Assembly (NCBI GenBank): GCA_964471535.1 | Contig: CAYYHA010000006.1 | Span: 1 to 51,136 of the forward strand | Reading direction: 5' to 3' | Length of the DNA stretch: 51,136 bases | Origin: an uncultured Myxococcia bacterium | GTDB lineage: Bacteria; Myxococcota; Myxococcia; SLRQ01 | Part shown: in pieces, positions 17,613-26,878 of the stretch | Position numbering within the stretch: position 1 is the first letter of the stretch | How the letters are laid out: each line of letters opens with the position of its first letter | The notes under the pieces: model-generated | Database searches by the model: none | What the model saw: only the letters and a program-made list of their open reading frames with translations | What the model was told of the DNA's origin: nothing | Translations under genes and position numbers: made by a program

Positions 17613-18896
17613 TCACGGATGCCGGACGAGATCCTCGGGGGTTCGCGCCAGCACCACCCACCGAGGTCGTGCCGGCAGACTGTGGCGGAGGTTGCCCGAG
17701 ACGTCGATGAGGATCCCCTGGTTGGCGGGGTCGAGGGGGTCGAACTCGGGCACGCCCTCCCGCGTCAGGACGTTGATCTTTGGGCCGGCACCTTCATCCA
17801 GGGTCACCGCCCACTGCCCGTACGTCTCGTAGCCGGAGAGTTCCGAGCAGGTGGGGTCGAGGTTGCACATCGCCTTACACGCGATTTCCCGGCACACGGT
17901 GCGCTCGTCGCCGTCGCTGCAGTTCGGATCGTAGTTGGGCACGTCGCCGTCCTTGTTGAAGTCGCAATCCACCCAGGTGGTGGGCGTACGCACCCGGCGT
18001 ACGACCACCACCGAACTCTCCAGCGACTCGAGGTCGAGGTTGTCCTGCTGGCCGCACATGAGGCCGTTGTCCCCCATGCCGGTCGCGGCACAGAGCTCGC
18101 TGGTGATCTCGACCGGTGCGGGGAGATCTTCGAGCCGTTTTGGCGCCATCACGCGGGTCCAGGAGGGAAAGACGAGCTGTGTGGTGCCAGTGAACTCCTG
18201 AACGGTGCCGATGATGGATGAGACTCGGTCTCCCATGGAGAGGCCGTCGGGGAAGGAAAAGGAGTAGACGAAGAGTCCGCCCCAGGTACCGGGGCGCATG
18301 GGATCCGGCTCCGCCTCGAGGTCCTGCACGAAGAAGCCTTCGGCGAAGACGCCCGTGACGATGAGATCGCCCTTTCGGATCTCGATGAAAGACCCGGTGA
18401 GCGGGCTCGTCGTCACGTCCTCGGTCCGCTGCATCTGCGCGATGGCGGGCATGTCGACGTAGAAGGTGGGACTGCAGCCCACCGCATAGGTGCTCTCTGG
18501 GCCTCGGTAGCGATCCTCCACGCACACATAGGTCTTGCCGTAGACCTTCGAGAGGAAGAGCGAGGCGCTGCCTTCCCCTGCGACAAGGGGAACGCGAACG
18601 AGGGCGAAGCGGTCGTCGTGGGCACGACCGGGCGTTGCGAAGACGGCCACCTCGCCGTTGAACTCGCTCATCTTCCGGCCCTTGTTCGAGATCGCCACGA
18701 TCGTGACGTCGATGGGCAGGGGGCTCTCGGGGAAGGGGATCGGGCTCTCCGCGCTGCCCCGGGCCGAGGTCGTGTTCACCCGGAAGCTCGCCAGGCGCTC
18801 TTCGAGCCCGCGCTGCTCCACGCAGGCCGCGAGCAGCAGGACTGCGAGCCCTAGGACGGCGCCCCACCCGAGTCTCGATGAGTAGCCGCGCCTCAC
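17613..18896 (-). CDS. lipoprotein with one ExeM/NucH-like OB-type module
   Basis: The GTG start at 18896 overlaps the upstream TGA (GTGA). Signal and lipobox LAVLLLAAC. The module signature is SPLTGSFIEIRKGDLIVTGVFAEGFFVQD...GDRVSSIIGTVQEFTGTTQL. Confidence 0.7.
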   Translation of the reverse strand: MRRGYSSRLGWGAVLGLAVLLLAACVEQRGLEERLASFRVNTTSARGSAESPIPFPESPLPIDVTIVAISNKGRKMSEFNGEVAVFATPGRAHDDRFALVRVPLVAGEGSASLFLSKVYGKTYVCVEDRYRGPESTYAVGCSPTFYVDMPAIAQMQRTEDVTTSPLTGSFIEIRKGDLIVTGVFAEGFFVQDLEAEPDPMRPGTWGGLFVYSFSFPDGLSMGDRVSSIIGTVQEFTGTTQLVFPSWTRVMAPKRLEDLPAPVEITSELCAATGMGDNGLMCGQQDNLDLESLESSVVVVRRVRTPTTWVDCDFNKDGDVPNYDPNCSDGDERTVCREIACKAMCNLDPTCSELSGYETYGQWAVTLDEGAGPKINVLTREGVPEFDPLDPANQGILIDVSGNLRHSLPARPRWVVLARTPEDLVRHP

Positions 18897-21253
18897 AGCT
18901 GGCTCCTGTCCACGATACGGCGGACGATGCGGCCGTCCTCGACGCCGACGACGATGGGCACTTCCAGGGGGTTCGCGCAGAAGGCGCGCATCGCATCGCT
19001 GATGAACCCGCATTCGGGACTCTCTCGCTGGCCTTCCGCCGTCGCGGCCTTCACCTCGCCACAGGAACACTTTCCAGCGCTCGCCGAGTCGGGGTCGTCA
19101 CGGATCGTTTCACAGGCCCGCACGGCGATCTCGTCGGTAGGCAGGCCGTTGCACCACATCGACCCGTCGTCCTTCGTGATGGTCTCGCTCAGGAGTTCCT
19201 CACAGGTGCAGTAGTTCTGGAAGAAGTCGATCAGCGCATCGCGCATCGCCACACCTGTGTCGAACTGGGTCGTATTTCGCTTGAGCATCGTGAAGCCCGA
19301 CCCACCCCCGGCGATGTAGTTGTTGGTCGCCACCTTGTAGAAGAAGTTGGGGTCCAGAGGCTCGCCGTTGACCGTGATCTCCTTGGCGGGATGGGCCCAG
19401 CACTCGCCTTGGCGGCAGGACCAGGCGATGCCGTCCTGGTCGCTGGGGTCGTAGTTCGGGCAGTCGGCGGGTTCGTTGCAAGCGTAGCGGTGTTCGTTTG
19501 CGAGCACCTGGCCGCAGTCCATGATGAAGCGGAGACCCGCGACCTGTGCCTGCGATTGACAGCCGCGACCCGCAGAGCGGTAGGCCACGAAGTCGAGCAC
19601 CTCTTGGATCTCAGAGCCCGACAGGTACATGACCGTCAGGGTGTTCTCGAAAGGGAAGACGTTGAACATCGATTCGATGTTGATGGGGCCGGCGTAGAGG
19701 GCATCGCGGATGCCCAGGGTGTTGGTGATGCCGATTTCGGCATTCACCCGGCGCCGGCGCCGCATGGCATCCGCAGTGATGTTTCCTAGCGGTGCATCGC
19801 CACCGGTGGAGGAGTTTCGCCGCTGTACCGTTCGCGGCGCGTACGCGAAGATCTGGGGCAGGTCGAGGCTCTGGTTGAGATCGAGGATGTACGGCTCGAG
19901 CAGCTTCATCGTCTCGGTGTGCTCGTGCCCCTTACACTGCTCGACGATGGCGCGCACCTGCTCGAGGTACTTCTGCTCCTCACCGAAGACAGGCTGCGGC
20001 CGCTGCTCCGGGTCGATGCACCACATGCCGTCGATGGGGAAGACCTTGTAGGTGTGGGTCTTCACCTCCCAGCCGAATTCGGGGTGCTCGGGATCGCGGT
20101 GGAGGATCAGATCGAGGCGGCCCAGGTACTTCGCGAAGGCGCCGGAGTGGGAGAGCACCACCTCGCGGCCGTCGCGATCCACGATCACCTGCGGCGGGTT
20201 GAGGACGACGTGGAGGTGCCCTCCCATGATCACGTCCAGTCCGCGAACGCCCGGTACGAAGAAGGTGCCCGTTCCGTCCCCGTGGTCCTCGCGTAGCTCC
20301 CAGGGATCGAAGTCGCGCTCCACGAAGCGCATGCCCACGTCCATCTTCGCCTCGGTCTCGTAGCCGGTGACCAGCTCCACGTCCTCGTGGAGTCCGAGGT
20401 GGCTGGTGACCACGATGAGGTCCACCTGGGGCTGCAGGAAGTAGACCCACTGGCGCAGCACTTCATTCTGCTCCATGGCCACCGCCCCCGTGGAGTTGGC
20501 CTCGGCGACGATGGAGTTGAGGGAGGAGATATTGGCCATGCCGATGATCCCCACCTTCAGCCCCCGTACGTTGGCGATGGTGTAGGGCTGAGTGACCTCT
20601 CGGAGCGGCGGCACCGAAGGGTCCTCCGCCGGGTCACGCCAGTCGTAGTTCGCGGCGAGCAGCGGGTAGGTCGCGTGTGCAGCCACCTGCCGGTAGAGGT
20701 TCCATGCGCCGGCATCGAACTCATGGTTGCCCACCACCACCGCATCGGCGCCGATGAGGGAGAGCCACTTGATCTCCACCTCGCCGAGGTGGCTGTTGAA
20801 GATGGGGGCGCCCTGAAAACAGTCCCCGGAGTCGATGTGAAGAGTGCGGGGGGAGCGGGCCCGCTCCCGCTCGATGAGTGCCCCCAAACGACCGATGCCC
20901 CCATAGGGCGGGGCATCTGGAGAGAGGCCCAGGTTCCGGTCGGTGGTCAGCGGCTGTAGGTCGTAGGGAAGCAGCCGCGAGTGGATGTCGGCGGTGTGGA
21001 GGATGGTCAGGCGCAGATCCTGCTCCTCGAGCACCGGCTGCTCCTGCTCGACCGTGCACCCGGCCGCCAGGATCCCGGCGGTGAGCAGCGCCCACAGAGG
21101 GCTCGCCCACGCTCTGTGCCCCGGAGTCACTCGGCAGGGCACGGCGCCCCATGCTTCGGCCGCCGCCCCACCGGCGGCTCGGCATCCGACGGGGCCGAAG
21201 CGAGGGCACGGTGACGACACGGCGATGCCTTCCTGGGGTACGAAGCGGCCCAC
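18893..21253 (-). CDS. 5'-nucleotidase / metallophosphoesterase lipoprotein (UshA-like)
   Basis: Metallophosphatase motifs HTADIHS, DSGD, GNHEFD, TSHLG and GGHLH are present. The C-terminal 5'-nucleotidase substrate domain reads LGNITADAM...FPFENT...NNYIAGGGSGF. The track start is GTG at 21253. An alternative GTG at 21130 gives a cleaner lipoprotein signal (TPGHRAWASPLWALLTAGILAAGC). Confidence 0.9.
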   Translation of the reverse strand: MGRFVPQEGIAVSSPCPRFGPVGCRAAGGAAAEAWGAVPCRVTPGHRAWASPLWALLTAGILAAGCTVEQEQPVLEEQDLRLTILHTADIHSRLLPYDLQPLTTDRNLGLSPDAPPYGGIGRLGALIERERARSPRTLHIDSGDCFQGAPIFNSHLGEVEIKWLSLIGADAVVVGNHEFDAGAWNLYRQVAAHATYPLLAANYDWRDPAEDPSVPPLREVTQPYTIANVRGLKVGIIGMANISSLNSIVAEANSTGAVAMEQNEVLRQWVYFLQPQVDLIVVTSHLGLHEDVELVTGYETEAKMDVGMRFVERDFDPWELREDHGDGTGTFFVPGVRGLDVIMGGHLHVVLNPPQVIVDRDGREVVLSHSGAFAKYLGRLDLILHRDPEHPEFGWEVKTHTYKVFPIDGMWCIDPEQRPQPVFGEEQKYLEQVRAIVEQCKGHEHTETMKLLEPYILDLNQSLDLPQIFAYAPRTVQRRNSSTGGDAPLGNITADAMRRRRRVNAEIGITNTLGIRDALYAGPINIESMFNVFPFENTLTVMYLSGSEIQEVLDFVAYRSAGRGCQSQAQVAGLRFIMDCGQVLANEHRYACNEPADCPNYDPSDQDGIAWSCRQGECWAHPAKEITVNGEPLDPNFFYKVATNNYIAGGGSGFTMLKRNTTQFDTGVAMRDALIDFFQNYCTCEELLSETITKDDGSMWCNGLPTDEIAVRACETIRDDPDSASAGKCSCGEVKAATAEGQRESPECGFISDAMRAFCANPLEVPIVVGVEDGRIVRRIVDRSQL

Positions 21254-21262
21254 GCGAACTTC

Positions 21263-23389
21263 CTAGGGCACGAGGTCGGCGGCGCCGCGGGGCAAGAGGG
21301 TCCGCCCAAAGTTCCAGTGGACGATGCCGGTGAGGGACGTGAAGGTGCTCCCTGCCGTTTGGGCGGGCATCGAACGATAGAGCGTGTCGTCCACCAAGAT
21401 GCCGTCGTCGATCTCGAACACACCAAACTGATTGGTGTCGGTGGCCACCGTGACGTTCTCGACGGTGATCAAGACGCCCTCCCAGGCTTCTCCACCGGCG
21501 GCGGCCAGCTCCGCGGTGGTCACGACGGCGGGGCTAGGGGCGCTCCCCGGCGCGACCTGCTCGATCGAGGAGAGCACGATCTCGCTTGCTGTGTCGGTGT
21601 CGCCGTTGAAGGCGAACTCCGTGTAGCGCCCCTCGAGGTTCACGCGGTCGCCCACCGAGAATGCGGTGAGATCGATCCCCGTGGGGTTGTGGACATAGAT
21701 GCCGCTGTAGGTGCCGCCGGCCTCCTCCTGTACGGCGAGCGCCGCGCGGCCCATCGCATCCGCCTCGCCGATGGCCGAGACGACGACCCCCTCGAGGCGC
21801 ACCTGCGTGTCGGGCGCTGGGTGGTCCGGGCGCGTGGGGTCCTGCAGATCGTAGACGCTCACGACCGGGGTGGGCTGCACCATGCCCGCCTCCACGTCCT
21901 CTGGACCACGGGGCAGTAGGGCATAACCGAAGTTGTAGTGGCCGATGCCGGTGAGGCGCAGGAAGGTGTCGCCGACCTGGGGCAGGGGCGCGTCGGGCCA
22001 GAGGAGGTCGTCCACCTTCAGGGTCCCACCCACCACGAACTCGTCGTACTGGTTCGGCCCCTCGGTCACGGTGACGTTCTCCACCTGGATCAGCACGCCC
22101 TCCCATTTTTCCGCCTCGGCCGGATCGGCGAAGGCCGCGACGTCGAGCACCTGCGGCGCCGGGGGAATGCCGCTGCCCGTCTTCGTGAGGCTCCGCAAGA
22201 CCAGCTCGCTCACCGTGTCCGTGTCCCCGCTGAAGGCAAACTCGGTGTACTCGGCGCTCACGTCGACGAGGTCCCCCACGGTGAGGGCCGAGAGGTCGAG
22301 GCCGTCGCGGTTGTAGACGTAGATCCCCGAGTAGGCGCCACCGGCCGGCTCCTCTACGACGAGGTGGATACGGCCCATGGCGTCGGGTGCGGAGAGCGCC
22401 GTGACCACCACCCCCGAGAGCGCGACGGCGGCTCCCTCCTGCGGATGCTCCGGCGCGCTGGGATCCTGGATCGCGTAGATCGTCGTCGCAATGGGGCCGG
22501 GGTGGCTCCCGTTCTCGAGCGTGATGTCCTCGTTGGAGCGGGGCTCGAGCCGCATCTCGTCGAAGGAGTACCAGAGCACCCCCACGATGCTCTGGAAACG
22601 CAGGCCCACCGCGCGCAGCCCGGCGATGTCCGTCTCGAAGGCATGGCCCACGATGAGCCCTCCGGTAATCCGAAAGTCCCCTCGGTCCACCCCATCACTC
22701 CCCGGAACGGGCGTCTCCACGATCTCCGCCGGACCCACCTCAACGAGCACCGCTTCGTAGTTCTCCGCGAGCGCCGCACCCGTCGCGACCTCGGCCGGGT
22801 CCACCGCTTCCGGCATCGGGAGAGCCTCACCCGAGGCGGCCACGGTCACCGACTGTGCCTCTATGCGGCTCATGCCGAAGAACTCGGCGTAGGTGCCGGT
22901 GACGCTCACTCGGTCCCCCACCTGCACCTCCTGGTCGAGGAAGGTCACCAGGATGGCCGACCATGCGCCACCGTCGGGCTCTTCCACGAACGCCTCCCAG
23001 TACCGGGTGCCGTCGTTGCGCGTGCGCGAGCGGACGGCGGTGACGATCACGTCCTCGATGGTCACCAGGGAATCGGGCGCCGGGTGAAGGGGGTCGGCCT
23101 CGTTCTGGATCTGGTAGATGGTGTAGACGCCGGTGGCTTCACACGCGGCGGCGGCGGAGCAAGCGACGAGGTCCTCGCAGTCGGTCAGCCCGTTGCCATC
23201 GTTGTCGATCCCGTCGGAGCAGGTCCCTGGGTAGTCGATCCCCTCGGGGCCAAGTCCGCCTCCATCCCCGCCTCCATCGATGCCAGCGTCGGGCCGGCCT
23301 CCGTGGTCTCGGGTGAACGGACATCCCGCCGCCAGCGAAAGGAAGGGCAGGGCGACGAGCAGGGACAGGATGAACGGACGCGTGCGCAT
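21263..23389 (-). CDS. lipoprotein with a Ca-binding-like DNDGNGLTDCED motif and three tandem ~200-aa ExeM/NucH-like OB-type modules
   Basis: GGAGG RBS before the ATG at 23389. Lipobox LSLAAGC. The module (IY.IQ..P.HP...V.L.GVVVTA...GG.YSGIYV...VGD.V...YTEF...WEGVLI.VENVTV...LTGI.H.NFG..LLPRG) occurs three times. Confidence 0.75.
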   Translation of the reverse strand: MRTRPFILSLLVALPFLSLAAGCPFTRDHGGRPDAGIDGGGDGGGLGPEGIDYPGTCSDGIDNDGNGLTDCEDLVACSAAAACEATGVYTIYQIQNEADPLHPAPDSLVTIEDVIVTAVRSRTRNDGTRYWEAFVEEPDGGAWSAILVTFLDQEVQVGDRVSVTGTYAEFFGMSRIEAQSVTVAASGEALPMPEAVDPAEVATGAALAENYEAVLVEVGPAEIVETPVPGSDGVDRGDFRITGGLIVGHAFETDIAGLRAVGLRFQSIVGVLWYSFDEMRLEPRSNEDITLENGSHPGPIATTIYAIQDPSAPEHPQEGAAVALSGVVVTALSAPDAMGRIHLVVEEPAGGAYSGIYVYNRDGLDLSALTVGDLVDVSAEYTEFAFSGDTDTVSELVLRSLTKTGSGIPPAPQVLDVAAFADPAEAEKWEGVLIQVENVTVTEGPNQYDEFVVGGTLKVDDLLWPDAPLPQVGDTFLRLTGIGHYNFGYALLPRGPEDVEAGMVQPTPVVSVYDLQDPTRPDHPAPDTQVRLEGVVVSAIGEADAMGRAALAVQEEAGGTYSGIYVHNPTGIDLTAFSVGDRVNLEGRYTEFAFNGDTDTASEIVLSSIEQVAPGSAPSPAVVTTAELAAAGGEAWEGVLITVENVTVATDTNQFGVFEIDDGILVDDTLYRSMPAQTAGSTFTSLTGIVHWNFGRTLLPRGAADLVP

Positions 23390-23580
23390 GAAAGCCTCCG
23401 CAGGACGTCAGGCGGGTGCGGGTCGCGACCCGGCGCTCGGGGCGCGCGGAACCTAGCGCCCCGCAGCGCTCGGCGTCAACGCAGCCGCCTGCAGGGGGGC
23501 ACGGCTGTGGCCCCGCCCCCGAGTGGCCCGAACTCTCCATCGCCCTGGCCTGGCACCGGGAATCCAGGTTAGGAGGCGCC

Positions 23581-24270
23581 ATGGGCACGCAGGTGATCGA
23601 TATCGAGGTGGTCTCCGATCGGACGGCGGAGAGCCGCTGTGACGAGGGCTTCCTGCATCTCCGGCGCCTCCTCGTGCGCAACCGTCGCGCCGACGGCACG
23701 GTGAGCGAGGTCTACCCCGTCGACGTGGTCGACCGGCCTCAGCTCGATGCGGTGGCGGTGGTCGTGTGGCGGCGCGGCGCCACGGGCCAGGTCGAGGTGC
23801 TCCTCCGGCAGACGCTCCGGCCGGCGGCGCTCTTGCGGCGCGACCGAAATCCGCCGCTGCCCGATCCCCGGCCCTACCTCGCGCTCTACGAGATCGTCGC
23901 CGGCGTCCTCGAAGCGGAGGACCGCGGCGAGGCGGGGCTGCGGGCCCGGGCTGCCGCCGAGTGCTGGGAAGAAGCGGGGCTGAAGGTCCACCCGGAGGAG
24001 GTCGAGCTGCTCGGTGCGCCGTTCTTCGTCGCACCGGGCATCCTGTCGGAGAAGATTTTCCTCACCGCGGTGGACGCGGGACGGCGTGCGCTGCAGCCGC
24101 CGCCCGGAGACGGGAGCCCCCTCGAGGAGTCGGGTGCTCTGCGCTGGATGGCACTCGACGAGGCGATCCGCTGCTGCGTGGCCGGGGAGATCGAGGACGC
24201 CAAGACCGAGATCGGCTTGCGCAGGCTCGCCGAGGCGCTCCCCGGAGGCGGGCGGCCGCTCATCGCCTGA
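23581..24270 (+). CDS. NUDIX-family hydrolase (ADP-ribose pyrophosphatase-like), divergent Nudix box
   Basis: AGGAGG RBS before the ATG at 23581. The partial Nudix box is GVLEAEDRGEAGLRARAAAECWEEAGL, which keeps the EExGU end but has the RE Arg replaced. Confidence 0.62.
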   Translation: MGTQVIDIEVVSDRTAESRCDEGFLHLRRLLVRNRRADGTVSEVYPVDVVDRPQLDAVAVVVWRRGATGQVEVLLRQTLRPAALLRRDRNPPLPDPRPYLALYEIVAGVLEAEDRGEAGLRARAAAECWEEAGLKVHPEEVELLGAPFFVAPGILSEKIFLTAVDAGRRALQPPPGDGSPLEESGALRWMALDEAIRCCVAGEIEDAKTEIGLRRLAEALPGGGRPLIA

Positions 24271-24416
24271 GGCACCTGCAGCCAGCGCCGCCGGGGGCCG
24301 CGGGGTGGGGCCGCGCCACCTCGGCGGGTGGGGAGAACGCACCGACTTCCCCTCCGTCCCGGCCCCGTCCTAGTCTCTCGACAGGAGATGAACTTCGCCT
24401 CGCAAAGGAGATCCCC

Positions 24417-25079
24417 GTGAGAGATCGAGTGCTCCGAGTCCTGCCCCTCGCTCTGTTCCTCGCTGCCGCCTGCTCCGAGGAGAAGCCCGCCGAGACGAGG
24501 AGCTTCTTCGAGGAGGGCGGGCAGGCCGGGGCGGCCAAGGCCGCCGGGATGCCCGAAGGGCATCCCGCGACCGGCGCTGCGCCGGCAGGCGGGGCGAAGG
24601 CGGGTCTCGGCGGGACGCAAGCGGGTGCCGCAGCGGCCCAGCCAATCGTCCAGGGCACCATCACGCTGGGCGAGGCCCAGAAGGACTCGGCCCCGGTGGG
24701 CGTGCTCTTCATCATGGCCCGCATGCCGGCGCAGGGGGAGATGCGCGGGCCGCCCATCCTGGTGAAGAAGGTGAACATGCCCAAGTTCCCGTACCCCTTC
24801 GAGCTGACCACCGCGGACGTGATGATGCAGGGTATGCCGGTGCCCGAGAAGCTGGTCGTGCAGGTGCGCCTCGACCAAGATGGTGACGCGATCTCCCGGA
24901 CGCCGGGTGACCTGTACGGGGAAGCGAAAGGCCTGGTCGACAAGGGGGCCACCGGCGTACAGGTGGTCCTCGATACGCGGGTGGAGGAAAGCAAGCCCGG
25001 CCGGGCCATGGGGCCCGCCGGCGCCCGCGCCCCGGCCCACGGAGGACAGGCGCCCGCAGGGGGCGGCTCGCCCCACTGA
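24417..25079 (+). CDS. lipoprotein, unknown function
   Basis: AAGGAG lies 6 nt before the GTG at 24417. Signal and lipobox LALFLAAAC. An Ala/Gly-rich linker is followed by a globular C-terminal part. The upstream part of the 437-aa track ORF overlaps the NUDIX gene. Confidence 0.6.
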   Translation: MRDRVLRVLPLALFLAAACSEEKPAETRSFFEEGGQAGAAKAAGMPEGHPATGAAPAGGAKAGLGGTQAGAAAAQPIVQGTITLGEAQKDSAPVGVLFIMARMPAQGEMRGPPILVKKVNMPKFPYPFELTTADVMMQGMPVPEKLVVQVRLDQDGDAISRTPGDLYGEAKGLVDKGATGVQVVLDTRVEESKPGRAMGPAGARAPAHGGQAPAGGGSPH

Positions 25080-25193
25080 GGGGCCGCGGCCGGGGGCCGG
25101 GCTGACCGAGCGCCCCAGGGCACGCCACCCGCTGCGGGTGCAGCGACTCGCCCGGCCGGCGCCGGGCAGTGTGCGGGGGCGCTCCCCGCGTTT

Positions 25194-25520
25194 CTAGCGC
25201 TTCTTCCCCTTCTGCTTCCTACGCTTGGCCTCGCGCTTCTTCCGGAGGCGCTCGAGCTCCGCCTCGATGGCCTCCTTGCGGGCGCGCAGCGTTGCCTCGC
25301 GGACCCGGTCGTCCTCGCCCGCGTCCTCGTCCTCGGCCCACGGGTCTGGGGGATCGGTGGGCGGCGTGGGATCGTCGCGGCGAATCCGACGCCGCAGCTG
25401 GGTGTACAGGTCCCCACCCGCCTTCACCCCCGCGCCCATCAGCACGGCGGCGCCGAGGCTCTTGGCGAGGCGAAGCACGATCTGGCTCGTCCGACTCGAC
25501 ATGTTCCGAGTGTACTCCAT
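25194..25520 (-). CDS. small protein with a hydrophobic N-terminus and a highly charged, Lys/Arg-rich C-terminal tail
   Basis: 108 codons with consistently G/C-ending codons. It ends ...ELERLRKKREAKRRKQKGKKR. An alternative start is the ATG at 25502. Confidence 0.5.
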   Translation of the reverse strand: MEYTRNMSSRTSQIVLRLAKSLGAAVLMGAGVKAGGDLYTQLRRRIRRDDPTPPTDPPDPWAEDEDAGEDDRVREATLRARKEAIEAELERLRKKREAKRRKQKGKKR

Positions 25521-25540
25521 CCGTGCTTAAGTCCGGCGAA

Positions 25541-26386
25541 ATGGCCGAGCGATCCCTCTCCTTCGAGTTCTATCCGCCGAAGACCGACGCGGGCCGGCGG
25601 CGCTTCCTGCGCACCCTCGATGCGCTCGCACGCCTCGAGCCGTCCTACGTATCGGTGACCTTCGGCGCGGGGGGATCGACCCGGGAAAAGACCTTCGAAA
25701 CGGTGGAACTCATCCGCGCGCGCACCCGGCTGTGCGCCGTGCCGCACATCTCCTGCATCACCTCGACCCGCGACGAGATCCACCGCTACCTAAAGCGCTA
25801 CGTCGATGCCGGCATCCCCAAGGTGGTGGCACTGCGGGGAGACCGGCCCCGGGACGGCTCTCCGCTGCCGCCGAGGGGCGAGGGCTTTCGCTACGCCGCG
25901 GAACTCGTCACATACATCCGGCGCCACTTCCCCTCGCTGCGGATCGCCGTGGCCTGCTATCCCGAGTGCCATCCCGAGTCGCCCACCCCCCACTCGGACC
26001 TGCGACACTTCGCAGAGAAGGTGCGGGCGGGCGCCGACGCGGCGATCACGCAGTACTTCTTCAACAACGCCGCGTACTATCGCTTCCGCGACGAGGCCGC
26101 GGCCCTCGGGGTGGACATTCCCATCTATGTGGGCCTGATGCCCATCTGGGACTGGGCCCAGGTGCGGCGCTTCTCGGAGTTCTGCGGCGCGGACGTCCCC
26201 CGATGGATCCGGCGCCGCATGGACGCCTTCGAGGGGGATGCCGAGAGCCAGCGGGCCCTCGGGGTGGAGATCGCGGCGCGGCAGATCGAGGATCTCTTCG
26301 CCCACGGGGCGCCCGGCATCCACTTCTACACCCTCAACCGGGCGGAACCGATTCTGCGGATCTACGAGGCGCTGGGGCTGCGCTGA
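25541..26386 (+). CDS. metF: 5,10-methylenetetrahydrofolate reductase
   Basis: ATG at 25541. It shows MetF-typical strings SFEFYPPKT, SVTFGAGGST, VPHISC, ALRGD, QYFFN and HFYTLNR. Confidence 0.9.
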   Translation: MAERSLSFEFYPPKTDAGRRRFLRTLDALARLEPSYVSVTFGAGGSTREKTFETVELIRARTRLCAVPHISCITSTRDEIHRYLKRYVDAGIPKVVALRGDRPRDGSPLPPRGEGFRYAAELVTYIRRHFPSLRIAVACYPECHPESPTPHSDLRHFAEKVRAGADAAITQYFFNNAAYYRFRDEAAALGVDIPIYVGLMPIWDWAQVRRFSEFCGADVPRWIRRRMDAFEGDAESQRALGVEIAARQIEDLFAHGAPGIHFYTLNRAEPILRIYEALGLR

Positions 26387-26513
26387 CGGCGGGCTGCGCT
26401 GGGGCGCGGGCCGCCACGCAGAGGCTTGCGGGGCAGCGCCTGCCGGGCGCCCTTGCCCCAGCCCATGCTGCCGGGGAGACCTGCGGCCCGCCACTGCACG
26501 GAGAAGTCACGGC

Positions 26514-26551
26514 GGCCAAAGGAAACGGCCGGGCCCGGAATGGGCTCGGCC
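26514..26551 (-). terminator. likely intrinsic terminator of tRNA-Ala
   Basis: On the minus strand, GGCCGAGCCC-ATTCC-GGGCCCGGCC (9 of 10 bp paired) is followed by GTTTCCTTTGG. It begins 10 nt after the tRNA 3' end. Confidence 0.5.
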
Positions 26552-26560
26552 GCGGGGAAG

Positions 26561-26636
<76 letters not shown>

Positions 26637-26792
26637 AGATGGAGGAGCGCGGATATTAAGGACGCCGGCCGGCCTCGGTCAAGGCCGGAGGTGCCGCGCC
26701 CGCCCGTACCCGCCGCGTGCCCTTCGCGTTCCGCCGGGGCCGCGCCGCGGCGGACGGACCGTACGCCGGCCAGGGACGGAAATGCCCAGTCT

Positions 26793-26822
26793 TTGACACC
26801 CTTTGCGGATCGCCGTTATACC
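26793..26822 (+). promoter_or_regulatory. candidate sigma-70-type promoter for the TPR/Mrr-like pair
   Basis: A perfect TTGACA (26793-26798), an 18-nt spacer, then TATACC (26817-26822). It lies inside the 5' extension of the track ORF, which supports the ATG at 26879 as the true start. Confidence 0.35.
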
Positions 26823-26878
26823 CCAGAGGACCCGTCTCCCTCTCTGCCGCGCTCGCGGCTCGGAGCGCACCCATCAGC

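Noticed and set aside
24417-25079. A possible resemblance of the lipoprotein C-terminal part (VLFIMARMPAQGEMRGPPILVKKV...VVQVRLDQDGDAISRTPGDLYGE) to the C-terminal domain of the cytochrome c maturation protein CcmI.
   Set aside because: This rests only on a remembered pattern. There are no TPRs and no other ccm genes nearby. It cannot be supported without a profile search, so the gene is left as an unknown lipoprotein.
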